64,000 nucleotides of DNA from an uncultured Actinomycetes bacterium. GTDB taxonomy: Bacteria > Actinomycetota > Actinomycetes > Streptosporangiales > Streptosporangiaceae. Below, piece by piece: positions 37,295 through 46,606 of the stretch. Position numbers and translations under genes: made by a program. The stretch is taken from contig CAWDEB010000026.1 in the NCBI GenBank assembly GCA_963801155.1, positions 24,038 to 88,037 of the forward strand, given 5' to 3'. The stretch's first letter is position 1. The number at the start of each line of letters is the position of its first letter. The notes beneath the pieces were generated by a model, which was not told where the DNA came from, made no database searches, and worked only from the letters and a program-made list of their open reading frames with translations.

Positions 37295-37335
37295 CCCGGC
37301 CACCCCCTCCGGGCCTGAACCCAGGAAGGGGCCAC

Positions 37336-39542
37336 GTGGACGTCCACCGCACGGAACTCACGACCCGCGGCGGCGTGCGGGTCACCCGCACCGCCACCCC
37401 GTTCGACCCAGCTGAGCTCGGCCGGATCGCGGCGCTCGTGGATGAGCGCCGCGGCGGCGTGATGAGCTCGGGCATGGAGTACCCCGGGCGGTACAGCCGC
37501 TGGCACATGGCCTACGCCGACCCGTGCGCCGAGCTCATCGCCACCGGCCGGCGGATCACCGCGCGGGCCCTGAACGACCGCGGCCGGGTGCTGCTGCCGG
37601 CGATCCACGCGGCCATGGCCCGGGCGGGGGAAGCCGTGGATCAAGGCGCGGTGGTCATCCCGGAGCCCGGCCGGGACTACACCGAGGAGGAGCGGAGCCG
37701 GCGGCCCACGGTGTTCAGCGCGCTTCGGGAGATCGCGGCGGTGTTCGGCTGCGCGGACCCGCATCTGGGGCTGTACGGGGCGTTCGGCTATGACCTGGCC
37801 TTCCAGTTCGAGCCGGTACGGCTGCGCCGCGAGCGCCCAGCCGGCCAGCGGGACCTGGTCCTGCACCTGCCCGACGAGATCTGGGTGCTGGACCGCAAGC
37901 GCGAGGAGGCGGTCAGGTACGCCTACGAGTTCGAGGTGGACGGCGAGTCGACCGCCGGGCTCGAGCGCCTGACGGCACGCACGGGCCCGGAGCACGCACC
38001 AGCGTCCGTTCGGGATAAAGATCTTCCGCCGCCGCCGGAGCCGGGCAGCTACGCGCGGGTCGTGACCGGCGCACGGGAGCGGTTCGCCTGCGGCGACCTG
38101 TTCGAGGTGGTGCCGAGCCATGTGTTCCACGGGCGGTGCGCATCGCCGGCCGCGTTCTACGAGCTGCTGCGGCACCGTAACCCGGCTCCGTACGAGTTCC
38201 TGTTCAACCTGGGCGAGGGGGAGTACCTGGTCGGCGCGTCGCCCGAGATGTACGTCCGGGTCACCGGGGACCGGGTCGAGACCTGCCCGATCGCGGGCAC
38301 GATCGCGCGCGGCGAGGACACGCTGGAGGACGCGGCGAACATCGCGACCCTGCTCGGCTCGGCCAAGGAGGAATCCGAGCTGACCATGTGCACCGACGTG
38401 GACCGCAACGACAAGGCGCGCGTCTGCGTGCCCGGCACGGTCAAGGTGATCGGGCGGCGCCAGATAGAGATGTACAGCCGCCTCATCCACACCGTGGACC
38501 ACATCGAGGGCCGGCTGCGGCCCGGGTTCGACGCGCTCGACGCCTTCCTGACCCACATGTGGGCGGTCACCGTGACCGGCGCGCCAAAGACCTGGGCCAT
38601 GCAGTTCATCGAGGATCACGAGCAGACCCCGCGCCGCTGGTACGGCGGAGCGGTAGGCAAGATCGGCTTCGACGGGTCGATGAACACCGGGCTCACCCTG
38701 CGGACCGCCCACATCACGGGCGGGATCGCCGCCGTGCGCGCGGGCGCGACGCTGCTGTACGACTCGATCCCCGACGCCGAGGAGAAGGAGACCCACATCA
38801 AGGCCCGGGCCTTGCTGGAGACCCTGGCCGAGGCCGGGCGGCTCGCGCAGGGCGAGGCGAGCCCGGCGACCCGGGCGGCCGCTGCGGTGGCTCCTGTGAT
38901 GGCCGGGGCGCCCGACCCGAGACCGCGGGCCGCAGCCTGCGGGTCCTGCTCGTCGATCACCAGGACTCGTTCGTGCACACCCTGGGCGACTACTTCCGGC
39001 AGCACGGGGCGGAGGTGACGACGCTGCGGTTCGGGTTCTCCCCGGCGCTGCTCGACTCCTACGCGCCGGACCTCGTGGTGCTGTCGCCGGGGCCAGGGCG
39101 GCCGGCCGACTTCGGCTGCGCGGGGCTGCTGGACGAGGTGTACGCGCGGGGCCTGCCGGCCTTCGGCGTGTGTCTCGGGCTGCAGGCCATGGTGGAGCAC
39201 GCCGGGGGCACGCTGTCGCTGCTGCCCGAGCCCGCGCACGGCAAGCCCGGCCTGGTGCGGGTGGCCGGGGGAAAGCGAGAACTGCTGGCCGGGCTGCCCG
39301 GCGAGTTCACCGCCGGCCGTTATCACAGCCTGTACGCGCCCGCCGGCGAGGTCCGGGGCGGTTTCGCCGTCACCGCGGCCACGCCGGACGGGGTCGTGAT
39401 GGCCATCGAGGACTCCGAGGCCGGGCGGTGGGCGGTGCAATTCCACCCGGAGTCGATCCTGACCGCCTCCGGCCGGGCCGGGCACCAGATCATCGGCAAC
39501 GTCCTGGACCTGTGCCGGGCCCGGGCCGGCGCCGTCCGCTGA
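37336..39542 (+). CDS. trpE: anthranilate synthase, fused component I-component II (TrpE(G)); frame disruption near 38930
   Basis: GGAAGGGG precedes GTG 37336. TrpE-like chorismate-binding part: ..LFEVVPSH.., GAPKTWAMQFIE, RRWYGGAVG. ORF 38388..39542 then supplies the GATase part (LRVLLVDHQDSFVHTL, GVCLGLQAM, VQFHPESI). Confidence 0.9.
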
Positions 39543-39612
39543 TCCGGCGCGAAGCCATCGGTCTGTGTCGGTCGCCGCCGAGGGCAGGTGCCGAGCTGTA
39601 GTGTGCTATGGC

Positions 39613-40401
39613 ATGAGGAGCGTGGAACCCGAGGTTTTCCTGGTCGCCCGGCCCAAGGTCGACTATGAGGCGATGGCCGCCTACCTCCGCGAGGTGGGCG
39701 GTGAACGCTGGCTGGAGCGGCTGGACCGCGATCAGCTCGGCAACGACGCGCAGGACCTCGCCGAGTTCGCTGGGAAAATTTGCTACCGCTCCTGGGAACC
39801 CGGGCTCAACCCCAACGTCCGCAAAGTCCGCGACGATCAGGCGGCCTATCTGCAGAACATCCTGAAGCAGGCGCACGGCTCGGTGCTCGAGCACGCGAGT
39901 TTCAGTTTTGTCTTGCACAACGTAAGTCGTGTTTTTTCTCATGAGGTCGTAAGGCATCGGCCGGGGACGGCGGTGTCGCAGGAGTCGCTGCGCTTCGTCC
40001 GGCTGGATGAGCTGCCGTTCTGGTTCCCGGAGTGGGCGCTGGCGGACGCGGAGCTGATGAAGCGGGCGACGGCGCTGCTGACCGAGCTCGAGCAGTTCCA
40101 GCTGTGGATGGCCGGGCACTTCGGGCTGGACGATGACGGCACCAAGATGCACGAGAAGAAGGCCAAGACCTCGTTCATGCGCCGGTTCGCCCCGGAAGGG
40201 GTGGCCACCGGGCTGGTCTGGACGGCGAACATCCGCACACTGCGGCACACCATCGAGGCGCGGACCGACCAGGGTGCCGAGGAGGAGATCCGCCTGGTGT
40301 TCGGGAAGATCGGCGAGATCATGCGAGGCGAGGCGCCGGCCCTGTTCGGGGACTACACGGTGACCGACGGCACGTGGACCCCCGGCTGGCGCAAGGTCTG
40401 A
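39613..40401 (+). CDS. ThyX-family (FAD-dependent thymidylate synthase-like) protein with variant signature
   Basis: About 263 aa with HGSVLEHASFSF and RHRPGTAVSQESLRF. The latter resembles the ThyX RHRxxSxxxxSxRY motif but has Thr and one extra residue. Later comes NIRTLRHTIEAR. Confidence 0.55.
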   Translation: MRSVEPEVFLVARPKVDYEAMAAYLREVGGERWLERLDRDQLGNDAQDLAEFAGKICYRSWEPGLNPNVRKVRDDQAAYLQNILKQAHGSVLEHASFSFVLHNVSRVFSHEVVRHRPGTAVSQESLRFVRLDELPFWFPEWALADAELMKRATALLTELEQFQLWMAGHFGLDDDGTKMHEKKAKTSFMRRFAPEGVATGLVWTANIRTLRHTIEARTDQGAEEEIRLVFGKIGEIMRGEAPALFGDYTVTDGTWTPGWRKV

Positions 40402-40443
40402 CGCAAGGCTCGCATTCGAGATCATCGACGCGGCCCGTGCCTG

Positions 40444-40512
40444 GACTCGTGGCAGCGGATCTTCGCGTTCTTCGGCGAGCACCTGCGATCCGTCCCGGCT
40501 GCGGGTACCTAG
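40444..40512 (+). pseudogene. possible 3' relic of a dienelactone-hydrolase-like gene
   Basis: The frame reads DSWQRIFAFFGEHLRSVPAAGT*, resembling the usual C-terminus (..aW.r...FF..HL) of DLH-family proteins. There is no upstream body because the ThyX-like gene ends at 40401. Confidence 0.2.
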
Positions 40513-41703
40513 TCGGCCTGATCGCCCAGGTCGTAGTGGATCAGGTGGCGGGGGACGCCGCGCCCTTTCAGCACCTTCACGGTCCTGACGATCATCGCGT
40601 CCGGGCCGCTGATGTAGATGTCCCGGTCAGCCGAGGTGGCCTTGGCGGCGAGCTCGGGCACGGTGCCGTACATGACCTCGTCGCGGGCCGACTCGTCGGA
40701 GACCGCCGGGATGACCTGCAGCCACGGGTAGGCAAGCTCCATCTCGTGCAGTTCGGCCAGGTCGTACAGGTCCTGGTGGCGGCGCGCGCCGAAGTAGAGC
40801 ACGATCTCGCGCCGGCGGCCCGGCGCCGGCGCGTGGGTTATCGCCTCGATGATGGCCTTGATGGGAGCCAGCCCGGTGCCGCCGGCCAGGCACAAAACAT
40901 CCCGTGGCGAGTCCGTGTCGGCGGTCATCACGCCGTCCGGCGCGCCGAGCACCAGCGGGTCCCCGGCCCGCACGTGATGGACCAGGGCGGGGCTGACCAG
41001 GCCTCCCGCGATGGCGCGGACGTGCAGGCGCAGCGTCCCGTCCGGCCTCGGGGCGTTCGCGATGGAGTACCTGCGCCACAGCCTGGGCCAGTGCGGCGTC
41101 TGCACGCTGACGTACTGGCCGGGCCGGTAGCTCAGCGGCTGCTCGGGCGCCACGGTGAGCAGCGCGAGGTCGGGCCCGCGCAGTTCGGTGGCGGTAACCG
41201 TGGCGATCCACCAGGCCGGGGCGTGCCGGGCATCACGTTCGGCGGCGTCGATCATGACGTCCACGGCGCGGTCGAACGCGCGTTCCCAGGCCTGCTGCGT
41301 CGCCTCGTCCCAGGCCGGCCCGGCGAACCGAGTGCAGCGTGGCCAGCAGCGCCCGGCGGAACACCCCGTAGTGCCGCTCGCGGACCCCGAACTTGCGATG
41401 CGCGCGCCCGAGTTGCTCCAGGTAGGGCACGAGCACGGCCGCGTCCCCCTGGTCCTGGACGATGCGGACCAGGGCGCGGAAGAACCGCTTGCGCTGCACG
41501 TCCATGGCGGCCGGGAACATCGCCCGGATCTCGGTGTCCATGGCGAACAGTTGCCCGTAGAAATAGGTCATGGCCGCGTCGGAGGTCGGCTGGAGCAACA
41601 ACAATGAAGCCTGAGCAGGATTCCCAGCCGCCCCACCGGTACCGTTGAACCGGCCGGAACCCCCGTCATAACGGGGCGATCCGCCACCTGCCAACATCGT
41701 CAC
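40509..41703 (-). CDS. globin domain fused to FAD/NAD(P)-binding ferredoxin-reductase-like domain (frame disruption near 41320)
   Basis: ORF 41233..41703 gives the globin-like part (MTYFYGQLFAMDTEIRAMFPAAMDVQRKRFFRALV ... LGRAHRKFGV). ORF 40509..41264 gives the FNR-like part (RRYSIAN, LCLAGGTGLAP). Confidence 0.7.
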
Positions 41704-41752
41704 ACTCTCAGTGTTGCATTAGGAGCGGAACGCTACCATCGATTCCCGGCGA

Positions 41753-41794
41753 CTCGGGATCAACCGGTGCGGGCTCGGGATCAACCGGTCCGGG
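41753..41794 (+). repeat. 21-bp tandem direct repeat in the divergent promoter region
   Basis: CTCGGGATCAACCGGTGCGGG (41753-73) and CTCGGGATCAACCGGTCCGGG (41774-94) lie between the globin-FNR start (41703) and the GATase-like start (41876). Confidence 0.85.
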
Positions 41795-41875
41795 CGATTT
41801 TCCCGGTGGGCGGGCCTGGCGTGGGCGTGATGGACCATTATGGGCAGTAGAACTTAATGTGCAGGAGGACGATGG

Positions 41876-42652
41876 ATGGGCCGCCCGATAATCGGCATCA
41901 CCGGCGAGCTCGAGGCAGCTCGCTGGCGCAACTGGATTCGCGAAGCGGTCGTCTCGCCGGTGAGCTACACGCGAGCCGTCGAGCGCGCTGGGGGAGCGCC
42001 AGTCGTCCTGCCGCCGGTTCCCTCCAGTTCCGTGTCCAGCCTGATCGCCAAGATTGACGCCCTGGTCGTGGCGGGCGGGAGGGATGTCGATCCCTCGCTC
42101 TACGAGGAGAGCCCGCACGAGCAGAACGACGTGCCCGACCACCGGCGGGACCGGTTCGAGATCCTCATGATCCGGGCGGCGATCGAGGCCGACCTGCCCT
42201 TCCTCGCCATCAGCCGTGGCATGCACATCCTCAACGTGGCCCGCGGCGGCACCCTGATCCAGCATCTCCCCGACCGGCTGGGCAGCGAGAGCCACAAGCC
42301 GGACCCGGTGAAGCTGACCATCCACGACGTGCAGATCAGCGCGGCGAGCAAGCTCGGGCGGGTGCTCGGCGCGACCGCGCAGGTGCCCGCCGCTCATCAC
42401 CAGGCGATCGACCGGATCGGCAGCGGGCTCCTGACCGTGGCCTGGACGCCGGACCAGGTGGTGGAGGCAATCGAGTTGCAGGGACACAAGTTCGGCATCG
42501 GGGTGCAGTGGCGTCCCGAAGAGGGCGACGACATGCGGATCTTCGAGGCCCTGGTGGCGGCGGCCAAGACCGGGCCTGCCCCGCCGCCGGCCGCCGAGGT
42601 CACCGGCGGCCGGTCCAAGCGAGCCTCGAAACGGCACGCGGCGCGCTCCTGA
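41876..42652 (+). CDS. peptidase C26 / class-I glutamine amidotransferase-like protein with substituted catalytic Cys and His
   Basis: 258 aa and PuuD-like throughout (IIGITGE.., VVAGGRDVDPSLY, AHHQAID). It reads LAISRGMHILN instead of GICRG and VQWRPEE instead of QWHPE. Confidence 0.75.
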   Translation: MGRPIIGITGELEAARWRNWIREAVVSPVSYTRAVERAGGAPVVLPPVPSSSVSSLIAKIDALVVAGGRDVDPSLYEESPHEQNDVPDHRRDRFEILMIRAAIEADLPFLAISRGMHILNVARGGTLIQHLPDRLGSESHKPDPVKLTIHDVQISAASKLGRVLGATAQVPAAHHQAIDRIGSGLLTVAWTPDQVVEAIELQGHKFGIGVQWRPEEGDDMRIFEALVAAAKTGPAPPPAAEVTGGRSKRASKRHAARS

Positions 42653-42659
42653 CCCTGGG

Positions 42660-43517
42660 CTACAGCGGGGGCTGGTAGTTGCTGACCCAGTGGACCTGGA
42701 GCCAGGCCATGAAGGTGGACCAGGCGCCAGTTACCTCTAGCAGGCCGACGCAGACCAGCATGGCCCCGCCGATCCTGGTGACCAGGCGGGCCCGGCGCCG
42801 GGCGAAGGCGAACGCCCGCATCGCGTGCTGGAAGCCGAACGAGACGAGCAGGAACGGGATGCCCAGGCCTAGGGCGTACATAAAGGCGAGCAGGGCGCCC
42901 CGAGCCGCGGTACCGCTTACCGCCGACAGAGACAGCACGGCGGTAAGCGTCGGCCCGATGCAGGGGGTCCAGCCGAGCCCGAACATCACTCCGAGCAGCG
43001 GCGCGCCCGCCAGGCCCGCCTTCGGGCGGGCGGACGGGCGCACGATCCGGCCCGCGAAGGAGAACCGGTCGAAGACCCCGGCGAACAGCAGCCCGAGCAG
43101 GATCGTCAGGCCGCCCAGGATCCGCGTCAGCAGGCGGGCATGCCCGGTCAGCAGGTGGCCGAGCCCGCCGAGCGCCGCCCCGTAGGCGACGAACACCACC
43201 GAGAACCCCAGCACGAACAGCGCCGTCCCGGCCACCACCCGGACCCGGGGCGCGGGTGGCGAGGCGGAAATGGCGGGCGGCGCGGCCACCGCCACCGCAG
43301 GTCCCCCGAGGTCCAGCCCTCCCGGCGCCGCCGGAACCGGACGGCTGGCCACCGAAGCAGGCTGCGAGGCACCGGCCATGCCGGTGACGAACGATAGGTA
43401 TCCGGGCACCAGCGGCAGGCAGCACGGCGAGAGGAAGGTCACCGCGCCGGCCGCGGCCGCCACGGGCAGCGCCAGGATCAGCGGGCCGGAGGTGACCAGC
43501 TGGGCTGCTCCGCTCAT
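42660..43517 (-). CDS. ccdA: cytochrome c biogenesis protein CcdA (DsbD-family thiol:disulfide transporter)
   Basis: 285 aa, multi-TM, with FLSPCCLPLVPGYLSF and GWTPCIGPTL motifs. Confidence 0.85.
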   Translation of the reverse strand: MSGAAQLVTSGPLILALPVAAAAGAVTFLSPCCLPLVPGYLSFVTGMAGASQPASVASRPVPAAPGGLDLGGPAVAVAAPPAISASPPAPRVRVVAGTALFVLGFSVVFVAYGAALGGLGHLLTGHARLLTRILGGLTILLGLLFAGVFDRFSFAGRIVRPSARPKAGLAGAPLLGVMFGLGWTPCIGPTLTAVLSLSAVSGTAARGALLAFMYALGLGIPFLLVSFGFQHAMRAFAFARRRARLVTRIGGAMLVCVGLLEVTGAWSTFMAWLQVHWVSNYQPPL

Positions 43518-43957
43518 GTGCCCACTATGCCACGCAGGCCCAGACCGGTCGACAAGGGGCTACTACATAACGTAGTCGGAGTAGTCGAGGACCGGGCGGA
43601 CGCCGACGAGGGCAGGGCGAAGACCAGCACCACGTAGCAGGCCAGCGCGACCGCGAACGCCAGCGACATGCCCAGCGAAGCGCCGGCGGCGCCGCTGCCG
43701 GTGAACCCGAGCCCGGCGAAGCCCGCGCCGAGGATCGACAGCAGCCCGATGGCCGACAGCCAGATCGACAGCTTGTGCCGGGTGCCGATGGCCCGGACCA
43801 GCTGGCCCACCGCGGCGAGGAACAGCAAGATGCCCAGGATCACGTGCAGGGCCAGGTCCGGGCTGGAGAACAGCCCGATCGACTTGGTCGACGTCGGCGC
43901 CGTCCCGTACAGGTTGTAGATCATGCCCAGGATGAACTGGACGATCAGCATGACCAT
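43514..43957 (-). CDS. hypothetical membrane protein, ATGA-coupled to ccdA
   Basis: 147 aa with 3-4 hydrophobic helices. Its stop overlaps the ccdA ATG. The C-terminal about 35 aa look non-membrane, so a frame problem is possible. Confidence 0.5.
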   Translation of the reverse strand: MVMLIVQFILGMIYNLYGTAPTSTKSIGLFSSPDLALHVILGILLFLAAVGQLVRAIGTRHKLSIWLSAIGLLSILGAGFAGLGFTGSGAAGASLGMSLAFAVALACYVVLVFALPSSASARSSTTPTTLCSSPLSTGLGLRGIVGT

Positions 43958-44164
43958 GGGATCAGGCTGGATATCCGCAGCCGGGCGAGCCGCACCGCCC
44001 GGTCCCGCGCGGCCGTCCGCGTCCCAGAAGTGGCAGTGTGTGTCTCCGGCATCCCGTACCTCCCGACCGCGAAATCCTTACCAGGCTCCAAGTACACCAG
44101 AAAAGCAGCACGGGAAACTCCGCCAGATGGCCAGTGCCGGATCAACGCCGCGGCCGGAGCGGCT

Positions 44165-45631
44165 ATGGTTGGCCAGGTGAGATCGGTCCTCACCCGCCCG
44201 CAGTCCGCCGCCCGGCACGACAACGCGCCCCGCGGCTGGCTGCTGCTGCTGGTCGGCCTGGTCGCGTTCGGCGTGGCGCTCGGCGGCTACGTCATCTACA
44301 TGGTCGGCCACCCCAAGGGCTACACCATGGACCCGGTCGACCTGGCCGTGTACCGGGCCGGCGGGCTCATCGTGCGGCACATCCAGCCGTACTACGACCC
44401 CCGCGTGGCGTCGCCGCTGTACAACTGGGTCGGGTACGGCAAGCTGCACCTGCCCTTCACCTATACCCCGTTCGCGGCCGTCGCGTTCGCGCTTATCTCG
44501 TTCGTCCCGTATCAGCTGTCCCTGAAGCTGTCCGTGGCCGTGGACCTGGTCGCGCTGCTGGCGGTGGTCTGGTTCACCCTGGGCGGCCTCGGCTACCGTC
44601 GGCGCACCGTCGTACGGGCGGGCGCGACGCTGCTGGGCGCGGGAGCGCTCCTGTGGACCGAGCCCGTGCTGCGGACGATCTACCTCGGCCAGGTCAACCT
44701 GGTCCTGCTGGCCCTGATCATGTGGGACCTGTGCCAGCCCGACACCGGCAAGAGCCGCTGGTGGAAGGGCTTCGGCACCGGGGTCGCGGCCGGCATCAAG
44801 CTGACCCCGCTGATCTTCATCCCGTACCTGCTGGTGGCCAGGAAGTTCCGCCAGGCCGCGATGGTTCTCGCCGGGTTCGTGTTCACCGTCCTGCTCGGCT
44901 TCGCGATACTGCCGAAAGACTCCACCAAGTGGTGGTTCGACGGGCTGTTCGCGCAGGCCAAGCGGACCGGGTTCACCGGCTGGGCGGGCAACCAGTCGCT
45001 CGACGGCCTGATTACCCGGCTGGCCGGCAGCATTCACGCCGGAGAGCCCGCCTGGATCGCAGGCGCCGTCCTGGTCGCCGCGGCCGGGTCGGTGTGCGCC
45101 GGGCTGCTCGACCGCAAGGGGCACGCCATGCTCGGCCTGCTCATGGCCGCCCTGACCGGGCTGCTGATCTCGCCGATCAGCTGGGACCACCACTGGGTGT
45201 GGATCGTGCCCGGCGCGGTCGTGGCCGCCCACTACACGGTGCAGGCCTGGCGCCGGGGGGCCAGGCGAGCCGCCGCGGCCTGCGGAATCGCGGTCGTAGC
45301 CGTCGTGGCCTGGTTCGGCGCCTGGCCGACCAAGTTCTTCCACGTCACGCCGCCCAACCTCGGCACCGACTCACTCGGCCTGCTCTGGATCCCGAAGAAC
45401 ACCAACCCCTCCTGGTACCAGTGGTACGGCGACCAGCGCTGGTTCCCCGAGTACCGCTGGCACGGGTGGGCCCTCATCTGGGGCAACGCCTATATTCTCG
45501 CCGGCCTGGCCATCTTCGGGGTGCTGCTGGCCGTATCGCTGCTGCTGCCCGCGGCCAGGAAGGACCACGACGATGAGCCTGGGCGAGATCCAGCCGGTGA
45601 GCGAGGGCATCTACGCCTACCTGCAGCCTGA
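44165..45631 (+). CDS. GT87 (DUF2029) family membrane mannosyltransferase
   Basis: Start ATG 44165 (MVGQVRSV..), multi-TM. FTYTPFAAVAF, GIKLTPLIFIPYLL and ISWDHHWVW are typical of GT87. Confidence 0.8.
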   Translation: MVGQVRSVLTRPQSAARHDNAPRGWLLLLVGLVAFGVALGGYVIYMVGHPKGYTMDPVDLAVYRAGGLIVRHIQPYYDPRVASPLYNWVGYGKLHLPFTYTPFAAVAFALISFVPYQLSLKLSVAVDLVALLAVVWFTLGGLGYRRRTVVRAGATLLGAGALLWTEPVLRTIYLGQVNLVLLALIMWDLCQPDTGKSRWWKGFGTGVAAGIKLTPLIFIPYLLVARKFRQAAMVLAGFVFTVLLGFAILPKDSTKWWFDGLFAQAKRTGFTGWAGNQSLDGLITRLAGSIHAGEPAWIAGAVLVAAAGSVCAGLLDRKGHAMLGLLMAALTGLLISPISWDHHWVWIVPGAVVAAHYTVQAWRRGARRAAAACGIAVVAVVAWFGAWPTKFFHVTPPNLGTDSLGLLWIPKNTNPSWYQWYGDQRWFPEYRWHGWALIWGNAYILAGLAIFGVLLAVSLLLPAARKDHDDEPGRDPAGERGHLRLPAA

Positions 45632-46484
45632 CGGCAGCTGGTACCTGAACAACACCGGCTTCCTGGTCAGCCGCGACGGCGTGATCAGCGTCGACGCGAC
45701 CTCCACCGAACGGCGTACCCGTGCCTACCTGGACGCCATCGCCACCGTGACGCACAAGCCGGTCCGGACGCTGGTCAACACCCACCATCATGGCGACCAT
45801 ACGCACGGCAACTACCTGCTGAGCGGAGCCACCATCGTCGGCCACGAACGGTGCCGCGAGGCGATCCTCGGCACGCCCATGCCCCCTCCGCCCGGCGTCT
45901 GGACCGACGTGGACTGGGGGCACCTGGAGCCCGCGCCGCCGTTCCTGACCTACACCGACGGCGTCACGCTATGGTCCGGTGACCTGCGCTGCGAGATCCG
46001 CTACGTGGGTACCCCGGCGCACACCACCAACGACTCGATCGTCCACATCCCCGAACGTTCCGTGGTCTTCACCGGCGACCTCCTGTTCAACGGCGGCACC
46101 CCGTTCGCGCTCATGGGCTCGGTCAGCGGCTGGATCGAGGTGCTCGAGGGCGTGCTGCGCCCACTCGGCGCCCGGACCCTGGTGCCCGGCCACGGCCCGG
46201 TCTGCGGCCCCGAGGTCATCGACGACGTGCTGGCTTACCTGCGCTTCGTGCAGCACACCGCCCGCGAGGCCAAGGCCGCGGGCCTGTCTCCGCTAGAGGC
46301 CGCACGGGCTGTTGACCTGGGCGAGTTCAAAGATCTTCTTGATGCCGAACGAATCGTGGGGAATCTGCACCGGGCCTACCTCGAGCTGGACGGGGCCGAA
46401 CGCGGCGCCCCGGTCGACCTCGCCCGGGCCCTGGGCGACATGGTGGCCTACAACGGCGGCCGGCCCCTGACCTGCCACGCCTAA
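45573..46484 (+). CDS. MBL-fold metallo-hydrolase
   Basis: 303 aa with NTHHHGDHTHGN (HxHxDH) and ..PGHGP... Confidence 0.85.
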   Translation: MSLGEIQPVSEGIYAYLQPDGSWYLNNTGFLVSRDGVISVDATSTERRTRAYLDAIATVTHKPVRTLVNTHHHGDHTHGNYLLSGATIVGHERCREAILGTPMPPPPGVWTDVDWGHLEPAPPFLTYTDGVTLWSGDLRCEIRYVGTPAHTTNDSIVHIPERSVVFTGDLLFNGGTPFALMGSVSGWIEVLEGVLRPLGARTLVPGHGPVCGPEVIDDVLAYLRFVQHTAREAKAAGLSPLEAARAVDLGEFKDLLDAERIVGNLHRAYLELDGAERGAPVDLARALGDMVAYNGGRPLTCHA

Positions 46485-46542
46485 CCTGGTGACACCGCGA
46501 AGCCCGCACGAAGATCACCGGTGAGAAACGGTGCCCCCGGCG

Positions 46543-46558
46543 GTCTATAGGCATAGAC
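46543..46558. promoter_or_regulatory. candidate operator (6-4-6 inverted repeat in an AT-richer patch)
   Basis: GTCTAT-aggc-ATAGAC lies about 50 nt upstream of the next start codon. Confidence 0.2.
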
Positions 46559-46606
46559 AGCCGGATGGGTCCGGAAGGACACCATGGCAGGGCGGGAGGT
46601 CACGTG

